NCBI GenBank assembly: GCA_944390275.1
Contig: CALXPL010000003.1
Span: 18,373-82,372 of the forward strand
Source of the DNA: an uncultured Alphaproteobacteria bacterium
GTDB taxonomy: Bacteria > Pseudomonadota > Alphaproteobacteria > RF32 > CAG-239
Length of the DNA stretch: 64,000 nucleotides
Direction of reading: 5' to 3'
Shown here: one piece after another, positions 47,992 through 57,047 of the stretch
Layout of the letters: the number at the start of each line of letters is the position of its first letter
Position numbering within the stretch: the stretch's first letter is position 1
Position numbers and translations under genes: made by a program
Notes under the pieces: generated by a model
Told to the model about the DNA's origin: nothing
The model's input: only the letters and a program-made list of their open reading frames with translations
Database searches by the model: none

Positions 47992-48081
47992 ATATAAGAG
48001 ATATTATTTCAGTTCACAGTAAGGATAAAAAATAAAACGTCTTCTTTTGCTGGTAAGACGTTTTATTTCTTTCTTAAAGGG

Positions 48082-48546
48082 TTAACGCATGCTGTAATCT
48101 TCTAATCGCGATAAACCTCTTTTTAGATAAACATATACATTTTCGGGAATGAGGACAATTTTTACTGTGAAAGTTTCAATCTCGCCGCTGTATCGATTGT
48201 ACGATTTTACTTTTGTGCTATATGTGTCATAATAGCCTTTTATGAGTTTCTTGTGCAATTTTTCTTTCCGCCCTTTGAGCTTGTATATCCATATATATCC
48301 TTCTCGGTTCTCTATTCTGGTGTCTAACCACTTTAATGAAAGCGTCGTGGAGCGATTAAAAGCATATATTGCTTCCGTGCCGTTTATACTGGGCTGATAC
48401 GGTGAACGATTTTTTATTTCTTTCACTTTGCTTTCGTGAAATTCCCAAAGTTGAACGAAACGTTCAAGTTGTCCCATAAAATTTTGTCCCATTATGCTGA
48501 CTGATAAAAATATCAGCAGGCTGCTTAATAATAATTTCCTTTTCAT
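48082..48546 (-). CDS. Hypothetical secreted protein.
   Basis: Signal peptide MKRKLLLSSLLIFLSVSIMG. 154 aa, K/Y-rich. It is the last gene after tatC on the same strand. Confidence 0.4.
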   Translation of the reverse strand: MKRKLLLSSLLIFLSVSIMGQNFMGQLERFVQLWEFHESKVKEIKNRSPYQPSINGTEAIYAFNRSTTLSLKWLDTRIENREGYIWIYKLKGRKEKLHKKLIKGYYDTYSTKVKSYNRYSGEIETFTVKIVLIPENVYVYLKRGLSRLEDYSMR

Positions 48547-48643
48547 AATTATATGTTTTTAATTATAGACTTTATTGACAAAATATAACATATCCTGCAA
48601 ATAATGCAATTCTATTTTTTATGCTTTTTTACCAATATGTCTT

Positions 48644-49354
48644 TTATTCTTTGCTCTGTTTTCGTGCTGACCAAAGTCCTATTTCAAATAATAAATAGGT
48701 CGGTATGGTCAACATAAGTTGGCTGACAATATCCGGCGGGGTTAATATGCCGGCAATGATTAATATTCCGACAAAAATGTAAGAACGTTTGTTTTTAACG
48801 CTTTCATAAGATGTGATATTAAATCGGATTAAAGAATACGTAATAATCGGAAATTGAAACATTAAACCAAAAATTATTGAAAGCATTAGAGCTAAGCCAA
48901 TAATGTTTGAAATTCCGAACATGGCTTTAATTTCCGAAGTGGAAAAACTTATGCCGAAGTTGATGATTAACGGTAAGATAAAAAAGAGGCAAAATAAAAC
49001 CCCGATAATAAACAATGCTGATGAACTGAATACAATCGATTTTATAAATTTTCGTTCATTTTCATATAAGGCAGGAACGACAAATTGCCAGATTTGTCGG
49101 GCAATATAAGGAAAACAACATAAAAAATCTAAGACAACGGCAATTTTTATTTGCAGGATGAAGACTTCCATCGGAGAAAAATAGTTCAGAGAAACATTAT
49201 TTTTTCCAATCATAATTTTTATTAAGCAATCCATGAAATAGGGTGCAACCAAAAACAGCGGAATCAACCCAATTCCCAGCGCAACAAAACATCGTATTAA
49301 TGTGGAACGCAATGCTTCAAGATGTGTTAGCAGACTTTCGTCTTTATCTTCCAT
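48644..49354 (-). CDS. tatC: Twin-arginine translocase subunit TatC.
   Basis: 236 aa with six TM helices and TatC family motifs. It overlaps the tatA stop. Confidence 0.85.
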   Translation of the reverse strand: MEDKDESLLTHLEALRSTLIRCFVALGIGLIPLFLVAPYFMDCLIKIMIGKNNVSLNYFSPMEVFILQIKIAVVLDFLCCFPYIARQIWQFVVPALYENERKFIKSIVFSSSALFIIGVLFCLFFILPLIINFGISFSTSEIKAMFGISNIIGLALMLSIIFGLMFQFPIITYSLIRFNITSYESVKNKRSYIFVGILIIAGILTPPDIVSQLMLTIPTYLLFEIGLWSARKQSKE

Positions 49355-49566
49355 TATTTCTTCTCGGATTTCTTTTCTTCTGCTTCGGCGGCTTTTTGAA
49401 CGCTATCTTTTAAATCTTGTGCTTCGTTTTGCAACATTTCTTTCGCTTTTTTGTATTCATATTGGGCTTTGCCCAAGGCTTTGGCTAATTCCGGAATACG
49501 TTTTCCGCCAAAGAGTACTAATACAACTATTAAAATCAGCGCAATTTCTGTTAATCCTAATGACAT
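49354..49566 (-). CDS. tatA: Twin-arginine translocase subunit TatA/E.
   Basis: [34 protein letters not shown]: a TM helix followed by an amphipathic helix. 70 aa. Confidence 0.85.
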   Translation of the reverse strand: MSLGLTEIALILIVVLVLFGGKRIPELAKALGKAQYEYKKAKEMLQNEAQDLKDSVQKAAEAEEKKSEKK

Positions 49567-49578
49567 TTCTTTCTCCTT

Positions 49579-50853
49579 TTATAACAATTTTTGTTTTTCT
49601 ACTGCCACAATCTCTATTGCTTTAACCGGACAAGCCTTTTGACAAGCCCCGCAACCGATGCAGATTTCGGGATTGACTTTGGGAAAAGCATCTCCCTCTT
49701 TACTGATGGCTTCTTTGGGGCATTTCATGACGCATAAACCGCATTTGACACATTTTTCTTCATTAATTTGTGCCAGAGCGATTTGTGTCTTTTGCTTTTG
49801 TTCTAACGAAATTTTGGCAATAGCTCCCGAAGGACAAACCTCTGAACATTTATGACAATTATAATCGCAAAAACTATCTTCATAGTCAATATAAACCGTT
49901 GAATGTTCTTCATCGGCTTTTTTGATGATTTTCATGGGGCAGTTTTGTACGCATAGATTGCAGTTCAAGCACCGATTGGCAAAATCTTTTGCAGATTCTG
50001 CACCGGCTGGTAATATGGCTTTTTTGATTTTGGCGGCTATATTTTTGCTCAAAATGATGCCGCTTTTAATACCTGCCGCCAAAACAACCAAAGCCGTACC
50101 GCCAATAAGGAGTTTTCTTCGATTGGGGTTGAAGGAAACTTTTTCTTTGGGCTTTATGCCGTAATGAATCGCTTGTTTGGGGCATTTATCCAAACATTTT
50201 AAGCACTTGACACAAGTTTCATTATCTACAATTTTGTTTTTGAAATCAATACAACCGCTTGGACATTTTGACGCACAACTGCCGCAAGATACGCATTTCT
50301 CTTTTTCGATATAAATTTTATTTAAACTGCATTTGGAGATTAAGCCTAAAATGGCTCCGACCGGACAAATATTGGTGCAGAAAAAACGTCCCTTAAACCA
50401 GACCAGAGCGACTAACAAAATTAAAATTCCACCACCAAGATATGCTCCAGATATCGCTGAACCAAACAGGGTGTAGGGGTCTATCAGGCGAATCAAATAA
50501 ATTGTTCCTCCGATTAAAGTTCCGAAAACCACGGCGGCAAGAAAATATTTATACGGATAATTTTGTTGCGGTTTTCCTTTGCGGCGAAAGAGGCACGTTA
50601 GCAATTCTTGATATAAGCCCAGAGGACACAATGTTGAGCAATAAATTCTTCCTAAAAGAAAGGTCAGTAGAAAGTTTCCGGTTAACAGTATTATACTAAA
50701 TAAGCTGAAGTCTATTAACGCTCTTTGTCCTAACGCTATGATTTGTATATTAAAAATTTTCAAGGGATAAAAAATACCCAAAAAGGCAAGAATAGTTAAA
50801 ATTGCCATTAGTATTGCAAAAATTCGGCAAAAATAAAAAGTGGTTTTGTTCAT
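49579..50853 (-). CDS. Membrane-bound polyferredoxin, NapH-like. It has four to five TM helices and six [4Fe-4S] binding motifs.
   Basis: Start set at the internal Met (MNKTTFYF...) with RBS AAGGAAG, which avoids overlap with the flavodoxin stop. The N-terminal TM region carries a CSTLCPLG motif of the NapH/NosR type. The C-terminal region has six CxxCxxCxxxCP motifs: CVSCGSCASKCP, CVKCLKCLDKCP, CLNCNLCVQNCP, CHKCSEVCP, CVKCGLCVMKCP and CIGCGACQKACP. Confidence 0.7.
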   Translation of the reverse strand: MNKTTFYFCRIFAILMAILTILAFLGIFYPLKIFNIQIIALGQRALIDFSLFSIILLTGNFLLTFLLGRIYCSTLCPLGLYQELLTCLFRRKGKPQQNYPYKYFLAAVVFGTLIGGTIYLIRLIDPYTLFGSAISGAYLGGGILILLVALVWFKGRFFCTNICPVGAILGLISKCSLNKIYIEKEKCVSCGSCASKCPSGCIDFKNKIVDNETCVKCLKCLDKCPKQAIHYGIKPKEKVSFNPNRRKLLIGGTALVVLAAGIKSGIILSKNIAAKIKKAILPAGAESAKDFANRCLNCNLCVQNCPMKIIKKADEEHSTVYIDYEDSFCDYNCHKCSEVCPSGAIAKISLEQKQKTQIALAQINEEKCVKCGLCVMKCPKEAISKEGDAFPKVNPEICIGCGACQKACPVKAIEIVAVEKQKLL

Positions 50854-50863
50854 CAAATCTTCC

Positions 50864-51442
50864 TTATATCTTAAATCCCAAATCTTCAAGCCAGCTCGAA
50901 AGTCCGATACTCATGCTTCCGTATCCGCTCCACCCTGAAGAAACAACATCACAACCTTTGCATTGTGCCTTTATATCGGTTATGGTATTTTGTTTGCCGC
51001 CACCGCCGTGGGTGATGAACGGAATTACTTTTTTTCCGCTTAAATCATAGCTTTCTAAAAAACTGCTGACTTGCGGGGTAATTGTTCCCCACCAGTTGGG
51101 CGAACCAATGAAAATAATGTCATATTGATCGATATTTTCAACTTTAGTCGTTAATTTCGGTCGAAAACCCGATTGTATTTCTTTTTGTGCTTGTTGTGTC
51201 ATCGCGCGATATTCTTCGGGATAGCTTCCTTCGGCTTTAATTTCAAAAATTTCTCCGCCGATTTTTTTATGGATGGCATTGGCAATTTTTTGTGTGTTGC
51301 CGCTATATGAATAATAAGCCACCAAGATTTTTTTGTTTTGTGTATCCATTTTTTCTTCCATTTTTGTTTGTGCCATCAGTCGGTAGCCGGAAAATACGGC
51401 TATCGCCAAAATTATAATTCCTAAAATCAAATATTTATTCAT
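50864..51442 (-). CDS. Flavodoxin-family FMN protein with an N-terminal signal peptide or anchor.
   Basis: Hydrophobic N-terminus MNKYLILGIIILAIAVFSG, followed by flavodoxin motifs ILVAYYSYSGNTQKIA and IFIGSPNWWG. Confidence 0.7.
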   Translation of the reverse strand: MNKYLILGIIILAIAVFSGYRLMAQTKMEEKMDTQNKKILVAYYSYSGNTQKIANAIHKKIGGEIFEIKAEGSYPEEYRAMTQQAQKEIQSGFRPKLTTKVENIDQYDIIFIGSPNWWGTITPQVSSFLESYDLSGKKVIPFITHGGGGKQNTITDIKAQCKGCDVVSSGWSGYGSMSIGLSSWLEDLGFKI

Positions 51443-51453
51443 TTTATCATCCT

Positions 51454-52692
51454 TTATGCTTCAAAAGTTTTGGCAACTTCCTTCATCCATTTACTAATCT
51501 CAATATGTTGCGGGCAATTTTTTTCGCAAAGTTTGCAACCGATACACTGCGAGGCTTTGCCGTGTGTCTTTATCAAATTGGCATAATAAACGGCTTGAGC
51601 GTTGAAAGGTTTATCGCCTCGTTCTTGTTTTTCGGCATTGTATAAAGCAAAATAATCCGGAATGGCGATTTTCATCGGGCAGGCTTCAACGCAATATTTG
51701 CAAGCCGTGCAAGGAATTGTGATTTCATCATGCAAGGTTTTAACGGCGGTTTCAACAACTTTTAATTCCTGTTGCGTCATGGGTTTGAAGTTTTGCATAT
51801 AAGAAGTGTTATCTTCAACTTGTTCCCTATTGCTCATGCCGCTCAAGACCATCATAACACCGTCCAAGGATGCCGCGTAACGAATTGCCCAAGAGGCAAC
51901 CGACATATTGGGTTCGGCATTTTTGAAGATTGTTTCCACTTTTTCCGGAACAAGAGCCAAACTTCCGCCTTTAACCGGCTCCATAACAATAACCGGTTTG
52001 TTATATTTTTGAGCCACTTCATAGCATTTGCGTGATTGAATACTCGGGTTATCCCAATCGATATAGTTAATTTGTAATTGTACAAACTCAACTTCCGGAT
52101 GCTCTTTTAAAACTTCTTCCAAAAGCTCTGGGCTATCATGGAAGGAAAATCCGATATGCTTAATTTTTCCTTCTTTTTTCTTGTCGGCTACAAATTTGAA
52201 ACTATCATATTTGCGTGCATTGCCGATGGTGTTGGCATTAACATTGTGTACGAGATAATAGTCAAAATAGTCCAAACCGGTTTTTTCTAATTGTTTATTG
52301 AATATTTCTTCTTGGTGTTCTGCACTTTTGAGCATACCGATAGGAAGTTTGCTGGCAACGGTAAACTTATCTCTCGGATGACGCTCAACCAAAGATTTTC
52401 TCAAAGCATTTTCACTTTCATAGCCCATGTACATCCACGCCGTGTCAAAATAGGTAAAACCTCTTTCCAAAAAAGTATCGACCATTTTATTTAATTCATT
52501 ATAATCAATGGAAGTTTGGTCTTGCGGGTCTTTTAACGGTAAACGCATAAAGCCGAATCCAAGTTTGTTTTTATTATTGATTTGTTTTTTTACGGCTTCG
52601 GATACGGGAATCGTATCTGCTAATGTTAATTTGGGAAGTGCCGATAAGGCAAAAGCGGCTAAAGTACTCATTAAAAATTCGCGTCTGTTCAT
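51454..52692 (-). CDS. Tat-exported aldo/keto reductase fused to a C-terminal 4Fe-4S dicluster ferredoxin domain.
   Basis: Twin-arginine signal [28 protein letters not shown] core ([11 protein letters not shown]...). C-terminal motifs [12 protein letters not shown] and [12 protein letters not shown]. Confidence 0.75.
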   Translation of the reverse strand: MNRREFLMSTLAAFALSALPKLTLADTIPVSEAVKKQINNKNKLGFGFMRLPLKDPQDQTSIDYNELNKMVDTFLERGFTYFDTAWMYMGYESENALRKSLVERHPRDKFTVASKLPIGMLKSAEHQEEIFNKQLEKTGLDYFDYYLVHNVNANTIGNARKYDSFKFVADKKKEGKIKHIGFSFHDSPELLEEVLKEHPEVEFVQLQINYIDWDNPSIQSRKCYEVAQKYNKPVIVMEPVKGGSLALVPEKVETIFKNAEPNMSVASWAIRYAASLDGVMMVLSGMSNREQVEDNTSYMQNFKPMTQQELKVVETAVKTLHDEITIPCTACKYCVEACPMKIAIPDYFALYNAEKQERGDKPFNAQAVYYANLIKTHGKASQCIGCKLCEKNCPQHIEISKWMKEVAKTFEA

Positions 52693-52766
52693 GGAATGCT
52701 CCTGTAATAAGTTAACTTTTGTAAAGTATAATTTTTAGAGTGTACTCAAAGTCAAGAATTTTTTAT

Positions 52767-53225
52767 TTAATCATCATCATTTTCAAAAACTTCTATTTTG
52801 GCATTAAATCCGCCTTTGTATGCTGACAAATTTTCCAGTCCTCTTTCTATTTGTCCTAATTCTATCAGATTCTTATCAAGATAATCTCCGTGGTCTTTAT
52901 AAAAGAAACCCCAGTTGCCCCACGGAACGTAAATAAACATCTTTCCGGCAGAGGCAATCATGCCGCGAGGAACGTTATTTAAAGATAAAGGTCTTGAAAA
53001 TTTTGATATTTTTTCTTCTCCGGCAAAATCAATAAATTCAAAATTTGTAGGAAGCATCTTTATAAATTGTTCTGCTGCCGAATTATCAGCCATTCGGACA
53101 ATGATTTCTTTTTGATTTTCTATTGTCAGCTTAATTTTCATTACATTTGTATCCTGTATGTTTTTTCCATAAGATATTGAACTTATCAGATTAAATAAAA
53201 TTAACAAAACAACCCGTCTTTTCAT
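52767..53225 (-). CDS. Secreted cyclophilin-like-fold protein of unknown function.
   Basis: Signal peptide MKRRVVLLILFNLISSISYG. About 130-aa mature domain; no family recognised. Confidence 0.35.
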   Translation of the reverse strand: MKRRVVLLILFNLISSISYGKNIQDTNVMKIKLTIENQKEIIVRMADNSAAEQFIKMLPTNFEFIDFAGEEKISKFSRPLSLNNVPRGMIASAGKMFIYVPWGNWGFFYKDHGDYLDKNLIELGQIERGLENLSAYKGGFNAKIEVFENDDD

Positions 53226-53230
53226 AAAAC

Positions 53231-54085
53231 TTATTCCTCATAAATGGGTTTATAATTTTCAATATCGGCGTCTTTAATCAAATTGATGGTTGTCATGGCG
53301 TTGGCCAGTCCGATATACGGAATGGCTTGAACCATAGCGGCTAAAAGTGTTTCTTTATCATTTCCGGCTTTTATGGCTCCAACCACATGAGCACTTAGTT
53401 GTTTTTCTGCTCCCAGGGTTGTTAAAATGACTAGAGATAACAACTCTCTCTGCTGAATGGATAAGCCGCCTCTGGTATAAAAATCACCAAAACAAAAAGT
53501 CGTCAGAGTATTGGGGACAACATCTTTATAAATATCGGGTAAAGATGCCATGGCTTTCTTGACTTCATCACCATAAAGTTGATTTTGAATTTCCAAACCC
53601 TTTCCATAACGGTTTTCATCAGTTGTTGCAGAAACATTGTCAAGCGGCAGCTTTATTCCTCTTTCTTTTGCCACTTCGTTAAAAACCCCAATGGCATTAA
53701 GGGTACGCGGAAAACCGATAAACGGGGCACATTGATAAATTGCTTCTCTGATTTCAAGAGGAGAATTGCCAACATTAAGTGCCGCATTGATATGAGCTTT
53801 GAGCTGAGGTAAAGTTTGTAAAGTTGATAAAGCCACAACCGTAATAAGCTCTCTGTCCTTAGCTGTTAAGTTTCCGCTATGGAATACTTCTCCAAAAATA
53901 TTACGTTGTAAAATTTCCATAAATTCCGGATCGGTTGGACTTGGTGTTCGTTCTGCTTGAAAGAGCTCTTTATAAACGATATCTGCTTTTTCTGCTCTGG
54001 TCATTGTTTTTTCCTCCGCCTGAACATTATTAAAACCCATTGCTAAAACCATAAGTAAAATGGTAATAAATCGTTTCATAAACAT
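53231..54085 (-). CDS. Secreted protein with two tandem domains of the carboxymuconolactone decarboxylase (AhpD-like) family.
   Basis: Signal peptide MFMKRFITILLMVLAMGFNNVQA. Two CMD-like halves (…GNSPLEIREAIYQCAPFIGFPRT… and …GNDKETLLAAMVQAIPYIGLANA…). Confidence 0.65.
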   Translation of the reverse strand: MFMKRFITILLMVLAMGFNNVQAEEKTMTRAEKADIVYKELFQAERTPSPTDPEFMEILQRNIFGEVFHSGNLTAKDRELITVVALSTLQTLPQLKAHINAALNVGNSPLEIREAIYQCAPFIGFPRTLNAIGVFNEVAKERGIKLPLDNVSATTDENRYGKGLEIQNQLYGDEVKKAMASLPDIYKDVVPNTLTTFCFGDFYTRGGLSIQQRELLSLVILTTLGAEKQLSAHVVGAIKAGNDKETLLAAMVQAIPYIGLANAMTTINLIKDADIENYKPIYEE

Positions 54086-54151
54086 CTCCGTAAAATGATA
54101 GCTTTAGCGTTATTATGATTGACTTTAGAAAATAAGTCTAATATTGTTTTT

Positions 54152-54178
54152 TTATAGAACTATAAATTTTACTTATAG
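54152..54178. promoter_or_regulatory. LysR-type regulator binding motif (T-N11-A palindrome plus an extra half-site) in the divergent intergenic region.
   Basis: TTATAGAACTATAA palindrome at 54152-54165 and a repeat TTATAG at 54173-54178, 10-35 nt upstream of the lysR start and upstream of the divergent operon. Confidence 0.4.
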
Positions 54179-54187
54179 TGAGAAATT

Positions 54188-55084
54188 ATGGAATTAACTC
54201 AATTATTACAATTCAAAACCATTGCCGAATGCAAAACGATGACAGCGGCAGCCGAAAAATTACATATATCACAACCGGCATTAAGTGCGGGATTAAAAAA
54301 ACTTGAAGAAGAACTCGGCATACAGCTTTTTGAAAGAAAGAAAAATAACATATCCTTAAACAAAGCAGGAGAAATGGCATTTACTTATACTTGTGCAATT
54401 TTAGGACAAGTTGAAGAAATGAAAAATGCTTTTCGCCAATATTCAAAAGAAAATAACAATATTAGTCTTGGCTTTTGCGACCCAGGGCCGATGCGCTTTG
54501 CAACACCGTTGTTGCAACAAGATAATCCAGAGCTGGAAATTTCTTCGGAAATCGTTGCTGATGATTCAATTTTGTTGAACGATTTGTTAAGTCATCGATA
54601 TGATGCTGTTGTATCTTTGGAAAAATTCGAATATCAAGATGTTATAAGTATTCCTTTTGCCAAAGAACAACTCATGTTATCTGTTCCTATCGGAGATGAA
54701 CTTGCAAATAAAACAAGCGTTAATTTGCACCTTTACCCAAATCGAGAATTTGCCGTATATCGAATGTATTGTGCTTATGAACAAAAAATGAAGGATTTTA
54801 TGGATTGGCTTGTTTCGTTGCCGCACGTTACTGTTTATACGGATTATTTTGTGTTTCGCCAAATGCTGGAACATAAAAATCTTTTGAGTTTTACTACCAG
54901 ATTAGTGCAATTTTATCGTCATGACGGCGAACGCGTCATCATTCCGTTAGAAGATGAGGGAATAACCGCAACTTATTGGTTTTCGTATATAAAAGACAAT
55001 AAAAAGCGTATGCAACCTTTCATATCATGGATTGAAAAAAATTCCTTAATGCTTTTAGGAACAGAAAGTCATAGCTATAAATAA
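54188..55084 (+). CDS. LysR-family transcriptional regulator.
   Basis: N-terminal HTH (LLQFKTIAECKTMTAAAEKLHISQPALSAGLKKLEEELGIQLFER) and a C-terminal substrate-binding domain. It is divergent from the redox operon. Confidence 0.85.
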   Translation: MELTQLLQFKTIAECKTMTAAAEKLHISQPALSAGLKKLEEELGIQLFERKKNNISLNKAGEMAFTYTCAILGQVEEMKNAFRQYSKENNNISLGFCDPGPMRFATPLLQQDNPELEISSEIVADDSILLNDLLSHRYDAVVSLEKFEYQDVISIPFAKEQLMLSVPIGDELANKTSVNLHLYPNREFAVYRMYCAYEQKMKDFMDWLVSLPHVTVYTDYFVFRQMLEHKNLLSFTTRLVQFYRHDGERVIIPLEDEGITATYWFSYIKDNKKRMQPFISWIEKNSLMLLGTESHSYK

Positions 55085-55172
55085 AATTTATAACTTTATA
55101 AACAAATAATATTAGACGGTTATCCGGTTTTGCTCTAAACTAAATTTATCTGAATATATAGAAGGCATAAAT

Positions 55173-56240
55173 ATGTTAAAATTCATAACAATAGTTATTC
55201 TCTTAGTCATAGTTTTTTGTGGGTATGTCTTTAATGAAATTGGGAAATCTCCTTCTCAAGAAGAATTAAAAAAATATGAATCTTTACCCTATTTTAAAGA
55301 TGGTAGCTTTCAAAGTCCTCAAAAGTTGGTTTATGATTTTGATAATGTACGAAATGGTCCGGCAACTTGGTTTCGCTTTCTGAAATGTTCTCCTTTTGCA
55401 CCTAAACAAGAATTGCCAATGAAAAAATTAACCCGAGCAGATTTTAGCCAAAATGCTGATGATTTTGCGCTCTACTGGCTTGGACATTCTTCTGTCTTAT
55501 TAGAATTAGACGGTAAAAGAATCCTTTTCGACCCTGTTTTTGGAAATGCTGCGCCTCTGCCTTTTATGGTTCCTCGCTATAATAAAGCTCCGGTTAAAGT
55601 ATCTGAGTTACCGAAGATTGACATTGTCATTATTAGCCATAATCACTACGATCATTTGGAAAGAAAAACCGTGCAAAGTCTTAAAAATTCTCATTTTATT
55701 GTTCCCTTAGGTGTCGGTGCTGCTTTGCGAGGGTGGGGAATTAAACACGAAAATATTACCGAGCTTGGTTGGGGTGATAAGTACAGCAATCAAGGAATAA
55801 ATATTATTGCGGAAACTGCCGTTCATTATTCAAGTCGTGGTTTTGGTGATCGTAATAAAACTTTATGGAATTCTTATATCCTTCAATCTGGTGCGGTCAA
55901 TCTTTATTGGAGCGGCGATAGCGGCTACGGTACTCATTTTCAGAAAATTGGTAAAAAGTATGGACCTTTTGATTTAGCTGCTCTTGAAATTGACGGTTGG
56001 AATACCGGATGGCCAAATACCCATATGTTTCCTCAAGAAGTTATAAAAGTTACAAAAGAGTTAAAAGCTGAAAAAATTTTACCTCTTCATTGGGCTGTAT
56101 TTGATTTAGCTTTGCACCCATGGCATGAATCTATAGATATGATTCTTGAAGAAACTAAAAATACTCCCATAAAAGTTTTAACTCCATTAATGGGCCAGAA
56201 GATAAATCCTTTTGACACGAAAACTCAAAAATGGTGGTAA
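55173..56240 (+). CDS. MBL-fold metallo-hydrolase (NAPE-PLD-like) with an N-terminal TM anchor.
   Basis: HxHxDH motif SHNHYDHLE and downstream His/Asp ligands. 355 aa. Confidence 0.7.
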   Translation: MLKFITIVILLVIVFCGYVFNEIGKSPSQEELKKYESLPYFKDGSFQSPQKLVYDFDNVRNGPATWFRFLKCSPFAPKQELPMKKLTRADFSQNADDFALYWLGHSSVLLELDGKRILFDPVFGNAAPLPFMVPRYNKAPVKVSELPKIDIVIISHNHYDHLERKTVQSLKNSHFIVPLGVGAALRGWGIKHENITELGWGDKYSNQGINIIAETAVHYSSRGFGDRNKTLWNSYILQSGAVNLYWSGDSGYGTHFQKIGKKYGPFDLAALEIDGWNTGWPNTHMFPQEVIKVTKELKAEKILPLHWAVFDLALHPWHESIDMILEETKNTPIKVLTPLMGQKINPFDTKTQKWW

Positions 56241-56375
56241 TTGTTTGTTTTACAACTTTCTTCCTTATTTTGACGATGAACCGGGCTTTGCCCTCACCGT
56301 CATACTTCCGTCTGCCTCTCCTCCTAGTCAAACCGCTCTCTCCGCGGTTCGAGAATTCTATATTGTTACCATTAC

Positions 56376-56404
56376 AAAAAAACCTCCGCAAGGGAGGCTT
56401 TTTT
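56376..56404. terminator. Bidirectional rho-independent terminator, shared by the + strand upstream gene and the - strand tRNA-Thr.
   Basis: AAAAAAA cctcc gcaag ggagg C TTTTTT. The whole 39-nt element attacaaaaaaacctccgcaagggaggcttttttgtaat is nearly palindromic. Confidence 0.7.
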
Positions 56405-56408
56405 GTAA

Positions 56409-56485
56409 TGGTGCCGACACACGGACTCGAACCGCGGACCCACTGATTACAAATCAGTAGCTCTACCAACTGAGCTATGTCGGCA
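56409..56485 (-). tRNA. tRNA-Thr (anticodon TGT).
   Basis: The reverse complement gives TGCCGACATAGCTCAGTTGGTAGAGCTACTGATTTGTAATCAGT...GGTTCGAGTCC...GTCGGCACCA. Anticodon loop TTTGTAA. CCA encoded. Confidence 0.75.
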
Positions 56486-56544
56486 CAACTGAATGCTTTA
56501 TATACTAATCTTTTTTTTGTGTCAATAGTATTTTTTTATTTATT

Positions 56545-56928
56545 TTATGCTTTATCTAATAGAAAAAATCTTGTGCCATAGGCGGCTGCAAAACAGACTA
56601 TTATGCCGCTTAATACCGAACCACTTGTATAAACAAGCGATTTTATCATTTCATTCTTTTCAATTAAAAAAACGTTATCTAGGGCAAAGGTTGAAAAAGT
56701 GGTGAATGAACCTAAAAATCCGGTGATTAGAAATAATTTTGCTTGGTAGGGAAGGTTGCTTTTTAATGCAAATATTTCTGCTAATATTCCTATTAATGCA
56801 CATCCTATTATATTTACTATTAAGGTATGATATGGAAAATTTGTGATTTTATTTTCAAATTGCGTAAATATGTAGTGGCGGCTTATGGCTCCTAAAACTC
56901 CACCTAAGCCTATAAATAGATAATTCAT
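56545..56928 (-). CDS. crcB: Fluoride ion channel CrcB/FluC.
   Basis: 127 aa with four TM helices and a GFLGSFTTFSTF motif. Confidence 0.85.
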   Translation of the reverse strand: MNYLFIGLGGVLGAISRHYIFTQFENKITNFPYHTLIVNIIGCALIGILAEIFALKSNLPYQAKLFLITGFLGSFTTFSTFALDNVFLIEKNEMIKSLVYTSGSVLSGIIVCFAAAYGTRFFLLDKA

Positions 56929-57047
56929 TTTCTTTCTCCTCTTTCTCGTTTATAGGCTTCTTATTTTTTTTCGCAAGTTATTTTTTTGTTGTTTCTTTTT
57001 CTTTTTTTGTGATTATATATTTTATGTCTTACTTTATGGAGGTTTTT

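Noticed and set aside
50854-50889. Twelve-codon N-terminal extension of the polyferredoxin that overlaps the flavodoxin 3' end
   Set aside because: The internal Met (MNKTTFYF) has RBS AAGGAAG and removes the 26-nt overlap. The hydrophobic region begins right after it.
56155-56469. Three overlapping ORFs (56155..56469 -, 56212..56460 + and 56231..56446 +)
   Set aside because: They span the bidirectional terminator and tRNA-Thr (…KKPPQGRLFCNGADTRTRTADPLITNQ is tRNA read as protein). There is no RBS. They are artefacts.
56929-57047. Searched for a fluoride riboswitch (crcB motif) upstream of crcB
   Set aside because: No GGCGATGG...CCGCC...TGATG-type conserved elements were found in the 120-nt leader on either strand. 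crcB is probably expressed constitutively or controlled from elsewhere.
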